Assembly: GCF_009914755.1 (NCBI RefSeq)
Contig: NC_060928.1
Origin: the human T2T-CHM13v2.0 reference genome, Homo sapiens
Reading direction: 5' to 3' (one strand)
DNA: 64,000 bases
The position numbers and the translations under genes were made by a program. The notes under the pieces were generated by a model, which saw nothing but the letters and a program-made list of their open reading frames with translations, did no database searches and had not been told where the DNA came from. Below, one piece after another: positions 28,981 through 52,145 of the stretch (positions are counted from its first letter, which is position 1; the number at the start of each line of letters is the position of its first letter).

Positions 28981-29990
28981 CTTAAATGTGGGGGAAGAAA
29001 AGAGAGACTGTAAGACTTCTTGATTCTTAAGATGTATTCACATTTATATTTAAAAATTAAAAATAAATTGTGATGAAATATATATAACATAAAATGTACA
29101 TTTTATCACATTTACATTTTAATTTCAACCTCATGCTTCCTGTTTTGACTATTTTCAAAGTTCAGAAAACAAAATGGATCTATATAAATTGAATAATATA
29201 GTAAGTTTCCATGATCATGGAGTCTTGAAAAGAAAGCTCTAAGTACAACATTAGGTTTTCAAATGAATCAATGATATAATCCAGAGTGGCTTATCTATTG
29301 ATGCTTTGCCACAATAATTTGACAAATTAGTCTCCTGGATAGATGAATCTTTGATGTACCTTTCTTACTGTAAAATAAATATTACACTGTGCTTTTCTAG
29401 TTACAATGCTGCTTCTTACAGGAGATGCCACCAGCATTTATCCAGTTCCTCCGGAGAGAAACCTGGGAAGCAATCCTAGAGACCTCACTCTCTTTTATTT
29501 TAAGTCATCCAAGTCTCTTGATACACTCTCATCCTATCTATCAAATTCACTTCCTTGTTTTTATCCCTATTGGGGCCAAGCTAGTCCATGCTAAAATTAC
29601 TTTTTGTCTGAACTACCATAAACACATTCTAAAATTTGATCCCTCTATAATGCTCTAGCAGCCAAAGATGCTATATGATCTCATCAGGCCACTAGCTTAA
29701 AACCCTCCAGTGCAGGTAATCCTGCCATTACATTTAGGATACCACTCCATATTCTTCAAAATGAACTATAAGGGCCCATGTAATCTGAATCTAGTTACCT
29801 CTGGCACCTTGTCTTGCACTTTACTCTGTCTCATTCTCTACATTCTGGCCACACTGGATGTCTTTCAGTCCCACCAATTAGTTATTCTTCTTAACTCAAA
29901 GCCCGTGAACATGTTCCCCTGGCCTGGAAAACTTATCCTTCTTCCCTCATCTAGCCTAATTCCTACTCATTTTTCATATCTATTCTGATA

Positions 29991-30115
29991 TAGGCATACC
30001 TTGGAGATATTGCAGGTTTGTTTCCAGATCACTGAAATAAAGTGAATCGCGGAAATCTTTTGGGTTCCCAGTGTGTATAGTAGAAAGATAAGTGCAATAA
30101 AACGAGGTATGCCTG
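29991..30115. mobile_element. Miniature Tigger1 derivative retaining both termini
   Basis: aggcataccttggagatattgcagg ... gcaataaaacgaggtatgcctg. Confidence 0.75.
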
Positions 30116-30561
30116 TTTGTTGGCTTCCTGATCAACCAACCCTCCACCCCTAACACCTAGATAACGTTGGATCTCTCTCTTTCATAATATAACCCTTTTA
30201 TAATGTCCTTTTTGTTTTTGTTTCTTTTTTAATAGCACTCATGGCAGAGTTAGTTATTTGTAAAATTATTTAACGCTTTTTTTTCTACTGTATCATAGTA
30301 GAGTGCTTGGGGAAAAGATTCTACTCTTCCACGTGGTAGAAGCCGAATAATTTGTTAGATCTGTTTATAAAGTAAAAAGCCTACAATAATGGACGTAAGG
30401 AGTTCCTCTCTAAGTAAAGCCTCACTGGCTTGGGTATATGGACTTGTGGTGTATTTCAGCTGCCCCCTCAAAGGTCTTTGTTTCTTTCCTATTTCTTGCC
30501 TTGGTTAAGAATTGGTCAGTTGATAGACAGCAAACATTGGAATAGTGCTACCATATTCTCA

Positions 30562-30674
30562 TTTTTTAAAAAAGATACTTATTACCTGAGCTCTAAAAAT
30601 TACTTTCCCCATAATGACTGAAGTGTTACCACCTGCAAAAAATACGTGCATATACCATGTCCCTACATATATGT
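30562..30674 (+). repeat. Direct repeat copy 1 (~110 bp)
   Basis: Near-identical to 31911-32017. Confidence 0.9.
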
Positions 30675-30718
30675 AATAGCCGTAAGCATAATATCCGTAT
30701 CATGTAAGCAGATCTTAC

Positions 30719-30902
30719 CTTAACAATTCATTCTTTTGTTTTATTAGCTGTTCATTTTGCTGCTTTAACTTAGAAATTTCTTTTTCTAGCCTTATATGTT
30801 CACTTTTCAAAATAAGAGCTTTTGTGTTTTGTACAATGCCGCTGCCACCTCCACAAGTTAAGGGTTTATTTGAAGGCTGAGGATCAGTATGTTCTGATAT
30901 CA
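30719..30902 (-). CDS. CENPE: CENPE exon n-2 ([25 protein letters not shown]...KNELL)
   Basis: 184 nt, cacag acceptor, GTAAG donor; conserved [10 protein letters not shown] tail motif. Confidence 0.96.
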
Positions 30903-31910
30903 CTGTGGGAGGAAAATATACAAATAGGTGATAATTTTAATTGTCTCCAAAGTTCAAAATAAAGGAAATACTACCAAGTACAATAAGCCATTATAGAGAC
31001 CCAAACAGCTCAAGTCTTATTTCCCTGGAAGTCACCCTTGACTTCTGCCTTCTACCTTACTCCCTCTGCTTATTTGACCAACCATTAATTCTATGCCTCT
31101 AGAATCCCCCTCAACCAATTCCACTAACATATCCTGATCCTGATCACCAAGCTCTTTCACCCTGACTGCAGCAATAGCAATCCTCTCCACTTACTGCTGT
31201 CCTTTATTGATCTATATTTTCTACATCAGTTTTCCCCTGAAGGGCTTGTTACAACACACTGCGTGTGTGGCGGGGAGGTGAGGTAGGGTGGGAGGGCCAC
31301 CCCGTCATTCAGTGCATTATATGTATTCAATACATATTATTAACTAAATATATGTTACAATAATATTAAAGCACATATTAAATATTCTACACTATGTGTG
31401 TAAAGAGACTGTGTTTTGTAAATTGTAGGCAAAGTTGCACAAAATGTGAGATAGTTATGAAGTGGATTAATCCATTAGGTCACTGGGAATTCACAAAAGA
31501 GGGATAGTGTGTGTGTTGGGGGTGATTCTTGATGTCTATTTTATTTTGAATTCATCTACACTATGTACCTGAAAGTCATCTACAAATCAAGAATAAATAT
31601 CCTCAACCTTCTGAAACAAAGAATCCTCACTTCTATTTTTACCCCTTTAAGTTTTCTCGGTAGGTGCTGTGGTTATCCTGTAACAGACACTAGGGAAGTT
31701 TAAGCTACAACAGGTACTAGGTAACACCTTAACACCTTTAGCACCATCTATTTTTGGAAACAAGTGGACTATAATACAAGCAAATATCATCTTATGTTTT
31801 GCTTAGTATTTGGAATTTTCAATGTGTTTTTACCCACAACTTTCGGTTTGATCTTTATGTACGTGTGTGTGCGTGTGCATGTATATAAATAAGTGTATAT
31901 GTATATACAC

Positions 31911-32017
31911 TTTTTTAAAAAAGACACTTATTACATGAGCTCTAAAAATTACTTTCCCCATGACTGAAGTGTTACTACCTGCAAAAAATATGTGCATATA
32001 CCATGTCCATATATATG
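31911..32017 (+). repeat. Direct repeat copy 2 (~110 bp)
   Basis: Near-identical to 30562-30674. Confidence 0.9.
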
Positions 32018-32197
32018 TGTGAGCATAACTATATATATGTGTGCACATGCATATATATGTGTATACACTTATATGTATCCTGTAACATATAATATACAGA
32101 ATTCTATATATTCTGTAAATATATAAGTATTATATATAATATATATTGCATATTGAAAATTCCAAATACTAAGCAAAACATAAGATATTTGCTTGTA

Positions 32198-33632
32198 CTA
32201 TATACTTATAAGTGTATATATATATACACTTATATATAAGTATATATATGTAAGTATATACACATATATACATGTGCACGCACAAATATACACTTACATA
32301 TATATGTATATACTTATATACTTATACATACATATACTTATATATACATATCTATACATATATACTTATATATACTAAGTATACTTATGTATACATGTAT
32401 ATATACACATATACATATACATATATACACTTATAAGTATATATGTGTATGTATGTATATATACTTATAAATGTATACATACTTATAAGTATATATAAGT
32501 CTGTATATATACTTGTAAGTATATATAAGTGGATATATACTTATAAGTATATATAAGTCTGCATATATACTTGTAAGTATATATAAGTGTATATATATAC
32601 TTATAAGTATATAAGTGTATATATATACTTATAAGTATATAAGTGTATATATATACTTATAAGTATATAAGTGTACATATATACTTATAAGTATATAAGT
32701 GTACATATATACTTATAAGTATATAAGTGTACATATATACTTATAAGTATATAAGTGTACATATACTTATAAGTATATAAGTGTACATATATACTTATAA
32801 GTATATAAGTGTATATATATACTTATAAGTATATAAGTGTATATATATACTTATAAGTATATAAGTGTATATATATACTTATAAGTATATAAGTGTATAT
32901 ATATACTTATAAGTATATAAGTGTATATATATACTTATAAGTATATAAGTGTATATATAAGTGTATATATATACTTATAAGTATATGTGTATATATACTT
33001 ATAAGTATATAAGTGTATATATACTTATAAGTATATAAGTGTATATATACTTATAAGTATATAAGTGTATATATATACTTTTAAGTATATGTGTATATAT
33101 ACTTATAAGTATATATAAGTGTATACATATATATGTATATATTAGAAAATCCTTCACAGCAGTTCTGTTTATTCTCCTGTAAAAAAGTATGTATGAGTAT
33201 ATAAGTACATATACTCGTATATATACTTCTATAGACTTATAAGTATAATACTTCTAATTATATAAGTATTTACTATATATACTTATATATTACTTATATA
33301 TATTACTTACATATTACTTATATATAATATATAACTTATATATTACTTATATATGTTATACTTATATATATTATAATATATATTATATATAATATATAAC
33401 TTATATATAATATATAATATATAAGTAATATATATTTTATATTACTTATATATTACTCATGTAAGTAATAAAGAAGTAATAGATATATTACTTATATATT
33501 ATACACTTATACTATATATACTTATATATTTATTATGTATACTTATATATGTATAATAAGTGTATATATACTTATAAGTGTATATATACTTATAATAAGT
33601 ATATATATAAGCATACATATATGCTTATAAGT
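32198..33632. repeat. AT-rich tract with ~26-30-bp minisatellite (core ~32450-33130)
   Basis: Unit tatatacttataagtatataagtgta(t/c)a repeated about 20 times. Confidence 0.95.
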
Positions 33633-34315
33633 TAGAAGGTCAGGTGCTAACCCCACGATTTCATATAGCCATTGAGATCTGCATCTTAGTTCAGTACTTG
33701 TTCTACTGCGTAAAGCTATCTCAAGTACTGTTCAAGCATTCTTTCTTTTCAAATGGAACATGACAGACAGAATATGAATAAAGGTAGTTTGAGGAATGCA
33801 TGTATATTGAGAAATTTGACCAACAGATCTAAAAAGTATCTCAGATAAATTTCAAAGACCTTTGCAAGTAAATATTAACTTGGTATTTTTAGTTTCAAGA
33901 ACAAACAGAATAGTATTTATTTTTACTGTACACCAATTATAACTTATTAGATGCATACAATTAAAATCTACGAAGACATGTGTTTCGTTTTATTGGGAAG
34001 CATAATTCCATGTTGATATAGTATAAGTCATTCCTTTATTGCCTGAAGGTATCTTCACTAATAGGTAAAGATTTGACAATACAAAAGCAGAGTTCGTATT
34101 TTTCAAGAATCTATAATGGATAAGCATCTAAGATTACAACAAACGATGTCACAAGATATCTGGAAATATGGTTCCAATAAATTCATTTAAAAATAGATTA
34201 GTGGCCAACTTCTGTTTACTCTCGACTGTCACATACTACATAATATTAGTCTTCAAAGTCTGTTGTGTGTTGAGAAGTAAAATTTCATCTGAAAATATCT
34301 GCATTTTCTACTTAC

Positions 34316-34413
34316 CTGAGGTATCTTGGGCCTGTTGACTTCTTCTGAGATTTTCTCTCAATAGCCTTATAACTTCCTTTTGATATTCTACAGTGGCTTT
34401 TGTAGCACTGATT
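34316..34413 (-). CDS. CENPE: CENPE exon n-3 (ISATKATVEYQKEVIRLLRENLRRSQQAQDTS)
   Basis: 98 nt, ttag acceptor, GTAAGT donor, phase 2/1. Confidence 0.94.
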
Positions 34414-34931
34414 CTAACAAAAACAATAAAAATATGTAAAAAGCTCAGCAACTGATTTTTTACAGGAGAATAAACAGAACTGCTGTGAAGGATTTTCTAA
34501 CACATCACATTGACATAATGCCTGTAAGTGGCAGTAGATAAGCCCTCGTGATACCTCTCTGGTGCCATGTGCCTTATGGCATTAATGCCATCAAACTAGA
34601 AGCATTCTGCTTGGGTGCAGGGACAGTCCGATTTTCTTATATTGAGAAACCCCAGTTCTTTTAAAGCTTCTGGAGGCCTAATTCATTGTATATTGAACAA
34701 AATTATAATTACCTAATTATTTTTTACCATGGGGTCCTAGAAATATTTGAAGGTATAAGGAGCATGAAAGAGAAAGTGCAGCTTTATTTCTGTATGGTCA
34801 GGAAAGCAAACCCTGACTGCAGCTCTGGTCTAAGGTGCTACAAAGGTCAAATTCTGATCACTGTTCTCCAGTAGAAAGAGACATTTTATGAGTTGTTAGT
34901 TTACGCATTAATCAGTAACGATAAATTATAA

Positions 34932-35294
<363 letters not shown>

Positions 35295-35561
35295 CTGCTG
35301 ACCCTATTCTACAAGTAAAATTGTTTTTATAATTAAGAATCTAATAGATCTATGTTTCACTGAAACCAATAGACTGCTTAGAGAGCATGAAAATTCCAAT
35401 GCTACTTCCTGGGCAAAATAAGAGATCATTAAATATTTATTCAAGATTTATATAGGAAGAATGAAAAGTGTTAAAAGCCAGGAAGCATCCTAACAAATCC
35501 TCTAAATAAACCTTTCCTTATTGATTATGAATGCGAGGACCAGAGAGAATAAACAGTGTAA

Positions 35562-35865
<304 letters not shown>

Positions 35866-36112
35866 GAGAACGTATTTCTACTTCAGTTTCCTTGACTCTC
35901 TTTAATGTTCTTTTCATTATGCTATACCACAAAGAATTTAGGCATGCTGTTATGTATAATGCTACCTATAAATAAATCAATAAAAAGAGGATTTGCTCTT
36001 GGGCCCTAGGGAACTATAAACTAAAAGGAAATATAATCTTCACACAGAAACACAGTAAGGCCAACAAATGAAATTAAGAGAACCAACAGAAGCCTTAGTA
36101 AAACTGCTAAAT

Positions 36113-36138
36113 ACACACACACACACACACACACACAC
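36113..36138. repeat. (AC)n microsatellite
   Basis: About 13 AC units. Confidence 0.95.
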
Positions 36139-36437
36139 TCTTAATGTTCACTTTCAGGCATACAAAAGCCACTTAAAATTGTTTATATTCTGTATGACTA
36201 AGAAGTGTTCAAAGACACAGCGTGTTAATTGATCAGAATTGTGTTTAGTTTTAAAAACTTTGCATATGTAATGAGACCAGTATATTTAAAATCTATGGAT
36301 GTGTACATTTTTAAAAAAAGAGCTGTAACAATATTTTCATAAATTATATTTTAAAAAGTTAACTAATGAAAAGTATATGTAGTTTAGGAAGAAAATTTAA
36401 GCTATTAAAATCACATTAAATTAAGACAAATACGTAC

Positions 36438-36550
36438 TCCTTTTCAAATTCTTTGGCATTTTTCATTTTCTCTAGGTCTATTTTCACAAGCTTCATTTTG
36501 AGATCTTCAATTTCTTCTTTATATGGCTTAGCTCCTAAAGCAACTTTGTC
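36438..36550 (-). CDS. CENPE: CENPE exon n-4 ([37 protein letters not shown])
   Basis: 113 nt, tttag acceptor, GTACGT donor, phase 0/2. Confidence 0.94.
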
Positions 36551-37029
36551 CTAAATTTTTTTTAGAGAAAATAAAAATAATTATTAGAGGCGCTTCAGTT
36601 TCTCCAGTTGTAAAGAATGGTTAGCTGTCTTTGCTCTAATAAGGACATTTTAAAATAGCAAACAATTCCAAATATATGAAAAAGCATCAATTTTAACTGA
36701 ATAACTAGATATTGATATGAAGTCTATTTGAAGCTAATATGCAATTAGAAACATGATTTTTTATTTGGAGCTATCATAATATGCAATTAGAAACATGATT
36801 TTTATTTCTTAAAATAAATATTTTTTTTCTAATTGAAAATACCTACAAAATGAAAAAAGTTGGAAATAATGAAAAGGGTGGAAAAAGGTAAATCAGAAAA
36901 TGAAACAAAAAGATGTTGGAGCAGTGATGTAAACATCAAACTAGAACTAAATTTAAGCCACAAAACAAAGCATTACTAAGTATATTTTGTACTGAAACAG
37001 TTCCATCCAGTGATTCAAAACACTATATT

Positions 37030-38665
<1,636 letters not shown>

Positions 38666-40008
38666 TCCATCTCTCCCAGAATAGAAATGAGAGTTCTTAA
38701 AATAGCTTACAGGGCCTTTATGATCTGGTCCTCTGCTACTTCTCACCTTATTTTCTACCTCTATCCTCTTGCTTATTCTGCTCTGGATGCACAAACTTTC
38801 TTGTTGTTTTCAGTTTGCTATTTCCTTTGCCTGGAATATTTCTCCCTGGCTACACAGTTCACCCTATCACATCCTTCAGATCATCTTACTGGTGTGACAT
38901 TCCTCAACTCCTGTATATACAATCATCTCTCTTCCCACACATGTCCACTTTCACCCAGAACCATGTACCCCCTTGTCTGGCTTAATTTTTTCCATTTCAC
39001 TTTTCACCACTTGAGATATAATATACCTCTTAATATATATAACATATATAAAAATATACCTTCTATGTTTTACATTTTTAATTAATATTCTGTCTCCTTC
39101 AACTAGAATGTAAGTTCCTTGATGGCATGGTCTTTGTTTTTTCATTGGCCTCTAGAACAGTGAGTGACACATAGCTGGTGCTCAGCAAATATTTGTTGAA
39201 TGAATAAAAACTGTGATCAATTATTTGTAATATTAAAAAATTACAACATTCTAAAACTTTACAGTTGAATTTTTTTAGTTTCTAGCTATAACAATTGTTG
39301 AAAAAACAAATTTAATTTTTTCTTTTGCCTCTCTGCTCATGTCTCACTGAATAGACCAGAATTTTTAGAACAATGTTAAATAATGAATAAAGCAGGCATT
39401 CTTGACGTGTTCCTAATTTTAACTGGAGAGAAAAGACACTGGAGCAGAACAGCAAATTTAAATATGCCAATTTGGATCAGACTCGAGTAGAAGAAATGTG
39501 GGAAGTGGCTGGAACTAAAACAAGAGGGAGCTGTAAGTAGTGATTAATGAGTGTGTGATTTGTCTAATGACATTCAAGTTGAAAAACATTTCAGTTACGG
39601 TTCTTCCCCCCAAAACAGGTCAGATTCAGCCCATGGGATATCAGGTGGGACTCAGTAACAGAGGCAGTAAGTAGGAAAAAAAGAATTTAAAAATTTACTT
39701 ATCTAATAGTATTATATATTTTGATAAGCAATTTTTGAAAAATGAAAAAATATACACTAAACTATAAACAACATGTATATCTTAAAAATTATTCTTCCAA
39801 CATAATAAAAATAATATTTTATATGACAATATGCTCCTACATTTCACTTCTAAGTTAAGCTGCTTCTGCTTGAGTACTGAACTTCAGAAACACATAGGTA
39901 ACAGTAAGTTGTTGTGAGAGGGAAGAATAGAGCACAAGGAGATTTGCTGAATTCAATAGGTTAAACAAACAAACAAACAAACAACTTTTATTTTTATGTT
40001 TAAGTTAC

Positions 40009-40194
40009 CTGAAGTACTTGAATTGTCTCTTTTGTTTTTTCAAGGCATTTATTTGATTCATGAACTTTGGCTTGAAGTTTTGCTATTATGTCATTAGTCA
40101 CCTCAAGTTCTTTCTGCATCTTTATAATCTTGCTTTCCTTATGCATAGCACTTTCTTTAGCTTCATGCAGTGAATTTTCCAGCTCTCGAATTTT
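40009..40194 (-). CDS. CENPE: CENPE exon n-5 (KIRELENSLHEAK...ETIQVLQ)
   Basis: 186 nt, aatag acceptor, GTAACT donor, phase 0/0. Confidence 0.94.
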
Positions 40195-40570
40195 CTATTA
40201 GAAAAAGCACACATTCATAAGCTCTATCATCAAGACAGAATCACAGTATAGAAATTTGAGACAGAGATGATCATATTTAGATATTGTTAATTTTTCACAG
40301 ATTGTATTAACAATGGATAGAAGAGAGGCCAAACATCATTCAATCTACAGACATGTTATTTCCCTCATTTAGATGATGATTTTTGGATTGAAAATGTCAA
40401 AGGTTTATATTATAATCTGTCTGCAAATTCTTAAAACATGCAGTTAAAAACAGCACAGTGGTTATGCGATTTATTAGTTAGCATAGTGCTAAGCATATTA
40501 AATAGGCACTCATATTTTACATGAACACCACTTAAACAAAGGACATTGGTTAATTGACTCTCTAAAGTAA

Positions 40571-40895
<325 letters not shown>

Positions 40896-41397
40896 CTTAT
40901 TAATCTTAAATAGAAAAACACAAATATGTGGAAAAAAATTCAAAGACATATAATGAAGAGTAAGTCTCCCCATCTCAGACCCCCAGTTGACCCTGAAGCG
41001 ATGACTACTAAACTTTTTCAGGTGTATCCTTCCAGAAATTTTCTATCTATAACCAAATATACATGAATATATAGTTTCTAAAAATAGTATACACACAATA
41101 TACTAAATATAGTTCTGCTTTATTTTAAAACTTGAGAACATATTTTTTCCAGATCTTTCCATTATCAACACATAGATCTCTCCTATTTTTTGTTTTCATG
41201 GACATATAGAATCTCATTTCATAAAGGTATCATATAATTCACATGTACACACTCTTTTTTGTTTTTGGCAAAATGTCTGGATTTTTGGGGGCCCATTTAG
41301 AATTCATTTTTGTTTAATGAATGAGATAGGAATCCAGCCTTACTTTTTTCCAGATGGCTATCCTGTTGTATCAAAATAATGCACTAAGCAAACCATC

Positions 41398-41715
41398 TTT
41401 TCTTTCTTTCTTTTTTTTTTTTTTTTTGAGGCAGTGCCTCACTCTGTTGCCTAGGCTGGTGTGCAGTGGCATGATCATGGCTCACTGCAGTATCGATCTC
41501 CCAGGCTCAAGTAATCCTCCCAGCTAAGCCTCCCACATAGCTGAGACCACAGGTGGATGTCACTGCACCTGGATAATATATTAAAAAAACACTTTTTTTT
41601 TTGTAGAGACAGGGTCTCACTATGTTGTCCAAGCTTATCTTAAACTCCTAGGCTCAAGTAATCCTCCAACCTTGGCCTCCCAAAGTACTGGGATTACAGA
41701 CTCACACACCTGGCC
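41398..41715 (-). mobile_element. Alu (AluJ-like) within degenerate L1
   Basis: Diverged dimer; repeated aaaccat at the flanks. Confidence 0.9.
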
Positions 41716-42731
41716 AAGTAAACCATTTTTTTTTCCCACTGAATTGAATGTTACTGTTATCATACACCTGTACTAAATTCTCATACTTAATTGGGTATAT
41801 TTCTGAACCCTCTATTCTGTTCCACTGCTCTACTTGTCCATTTTTGCATCAAACTTGTCTAATGATAGTAGCATGTATTTTATTATCTGCTAGACTATTT
41901 TCTTTGGTCATTGAAGATTGACCAACTTTCCTTTTGCTTCTTTAAATTACTATATTGGTAGATGGATTTCATCTTTCCTCTATTTTATCTGTAGCAGCTG
42001 ACTGAGGTCTGTAATGCCCTACAAATCAAAACACTGTATACTAGTGATCTAGTTCTCATTAAGCTGGTGGTTGATGTTTTATTATAAGTATTTATTTTGG
42101 TAAAAATGATAAATTGTAATTTACTATTGGGTTCCCTACAAGTCGTTTTGTGTGCTAACAAAATACAACATTTTACGCATGTTGTTAGATTCCCGAGTAA
42201 GGGTAGTTAATAAGGTAATTTGGTTATCAAATAATGTACTGGTTCTTAGATACAAGTTAACCTGCGTAACAATCTTGTTATATTTTTTAACCTCTTATAT
42301 TTTTATTGTGATTATAACATTAAGCAATATTAAATACGCTGATGATAATGAGAAAAGCTGAATTGCTATTTCTCTCCAAGCTAATATTTGTTCTGCATAC
42401 GGACATAGATCACAGTTCAACAGAAAGTCACATAATTTGGAAAACTTTTGTGGTAATTGTACGTTAACTGGTAGTAACTTAAACTATAGTTTATGAATGT
42501 AATAATCAAATGAAGCTACAATTTATGTTTTATAATAATATCTTACATAATGTCTAGCTTTATAATTAGTTTAGTTGAACGATAGCCATAGTAGAACTAC
42601 TAGTAAAAATCAAGCCCATCACTTACAAAAATAAATGTGTTCATGTTCAGTAATAAGTAAATACTATAATTTTGCTCTAAACTCTGTGATGAAGCTGCAA
42701 ACTGAAGAACATTTTATAAGAAATTATATAC

Positions 42732-42950
42732 CTCTGTGGTTAACTGTGTAGCTCTTGATGTAACATGAGGATTCTTATTGTCTTGTGTGGTAGGATTAAC
42801 CTGGGCACCAGATGCCAAGGAAGTCTTCAATGTTTGGTAGTTTTTAAATAGTTTTTCATTTTTCTCTTTCAGTGATTTCAGGTCCTGTTCCCACTCTTTG
42901 GATATGGTAGCACTTCTTTCCTCAAACTCTGTTGATTCATTCATTATGGC
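42732..42950 (-). CDS. CENPE: CENPE exon n-6 (AIMNESTEFEER...ATQLTTE)
   Basis: 219 nt, aatag acceptor, GTATAT donor; ORF 42714..42944. Confidence 0.94.
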
Positions 42951-42992
42951 CTATTGAACAGTAAAATACCATTATAGCTCTAAAACGATTTA

Positions 42993-44045
42993 TAGTAGTC
43001 CCCACTTACCTGCAATTTTATTTTCCATGGTTTCAGTTACCCTCAGTCAAAAGTGGTCTGAAAATATTAAATGGGAAATTCCAGAAATAAACAATTCACA
43101 GGTTTTGAATTGCACATCATTCTGAGTAGCACAGTGAAATTTTGAGTCATCCTGCTCAGTCCTGCCTGGGATGTAAATCATCCTCTTGTCCAGCATACAC
43201 TACTTGTTCACTTGATAGCCACCCTGATTATCCGATTGCTGCTGTATTGCAGTACTTGTGTCCAAGTAACCCTTATTTTAATTAATAATGGCCCCAAAGC
43301 ACAAGAGTAGTAATGCTGGCAATTTAGATATGCCACCGTGAAGCTGTCAAGTGCTTCTTGTAAGTGAGAAGGTAAAAGTTCTCAACTTAATAAGAAAAAA
43401 AATCATATATTGAGGTTGCTAAGATCTATGGTTAGAATGAATCTTTTATCCGTGGAATTGTGAAGAAGGGAAGAGAAATTTGTGCTGTTTTTGCTGTAGC
43501 ACTTCAGCCTACAATAGTGTGTGATAAGTGCTTAGTTAAGCTAGAAAAGGCATTAAATTTGTGGTAGAAGACAAGAACAGAAATGTGTTCCAGTTGATGA
43601 CAATGTGTTGTACCAGCAAGCATTGAGCATCTAGGAAGACTTCAGCAAGGGATCCCCTGAAAAAAGTGACACCAAGCCCTTTACTGCAAGTAAGATTTAT
43701 TCATGGATTCAGGAATACAGAAGGTCAATAGTAGTCTAAGACTATATCAAAATGTCTAGGTCATTCATATTCCTTCATCTTATCAGGTAGGCACTGTATC
43801 ATCTCACATCATAAGAAAGGAGAGTGCAGTAAAATAAGATATTTTGAGAGAGTCCACATTCATATAACTTTTACTATAGTATATTGTTAAAATTGTTCTA
43901 TTTTATTAGCTGTTGTTACTAATCTCTTACTGTGTCTAATTTATAAATTAAACTTTATCATAGGTATGGATGTATAGAAAAAACAGAATACATAGGGTTT
44001 GGTACCATCCATGGCATCCCCTCGGGGGTGGGGGGTCTTGATATA
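42993..44045. mobile_element. MER44/Tigger7-like DNA transposon
   Basis: agtagtccccacttacc...gaaattccagaaataaacaattca motifs. Confidence 0.75.
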
Positions 44046-44633
44046 CATATTTTAAAAAAACTTCAAAAAACCCTAGAATTCTAGGACAGTGTATATGCTG
44101 AAGTTCATTATTTAGAACATTCTAAAACAGTACTTTAAAAGAATGTGAACATTCTTTGTAGTTTGCATCAGTTTCTGAAATTTCAGATGTTGGATGTGGA
44201 TGATGACAATAAAATGAATAATGACTAGAGAGGATTCATATTGATCTGCAAGATGATAATCTCACTTTATTAGATTTGTACTAACATATGAAGAGAACCT
44301 GAAGAATTATCCAGGTTAAAATCATTATATATGCTATGGCTGATAATGAAACATTAACTGATATCTAATAGCAGAGCACAGCTAGAAACTTAACAATTAT
44401 CTATTGTCCTGCTTCATTACAAACCTCAATGTTAATAGGGAAAATAACTCACTGATTGTTGGTAATTAATCTGAATATCTTGTATTTCTGTACAGGGAAT
44501 AACAATACTCTTTTATATTGAAGGCTAACTAACTCTGAAATTATTGATATCTTTTTTACTTCCTAATTCCTGCAGATTGTACTTTCTGCTCTCATCATGA
44601 ATGCCCCATTAGTCTCATCCCTAACTTCTTTGT

Positions 44634-44675
44634 GGCTTTGTGGTCATTCTACCAGGCTTTGTGGTCATTCTACCA
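44634..44675. repeat. Perfect 21-bp tandem duplication
   Basis: ggctttgtggtcattctacca x2. Confidence 0.95.
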
Positions 44676-45443
44676 GATCTTAAATTCGTCGTGTTCCTGA
44701 CACCCTGGACACTCCTTGGCTCTGGACTATGCACCTCACACCATACCAAGTTATTAATGCCTACTCTTATGTGCTGGAAGAAGCCACATATACATGCTGA
44801 TCCACATAGTAGAAATCCCTGCTTTCTAATCACAACTGGGTCTCCAGTATTACAAGAAAAACAACAAATTACAAATAGACATGACCTTATCCAAACATTG
44901 GTTTTGTGCCTTTCTCTACTGATTGTGGACTTCTTTGTTTTTTCTTGAAATAGCCAACTGCTATTTGGCTAGCTCTGACTAATCAATAAACAGGATGAAC
45001 TTTCCAAGCGAAAACTTTTTAAAAAAGGCATTGTTCCTTATTTCAACAAGATTCCAATATGATTTGCAGATGAAATTAAATTGTCAGAAAAGAACTATCC
45101 AAACATATGAACTATAAAATGTATTTTGGAAACTATAATATTAATCTAGCTACCATTGCTCCAATTTAATATAAATAAGCAATCTTTTGAATATTACATG
45201 TTTTACCAATGAAACAGAGAAGGGATTACTTCTGAAAGCAGAATGAATACTGCAATTACTTTTGTACCCACCAAATACCAATCACTGAAATGTAAAACAA
45301 GTTAACAAACTGGTCTTAAGCAATGTTGGTCCTTATGACTCAGTACATTTGGGCTGATCACCTTGGGAACAATGATTAAAAAAAAAATCAAAATTTTGGA
45401 ATTTCTAGTTTAGCATTTTAGGTGTTTAGAAGTTGCCAGTCCA

Positions 45444-52145
<6,702 letters not shown>

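Noticed and set aside
31268-31297. G-rich run as a G-quadruplex
   Set aside because: Short, irregular G-tracts with no supporting context.
32450-33130. Palindromic ~28-bp repeats resembling a CRISPR array
   Set aside because: No unique spacers, head-to-tail AT repeat, eukaryotic intron, no cas genes.
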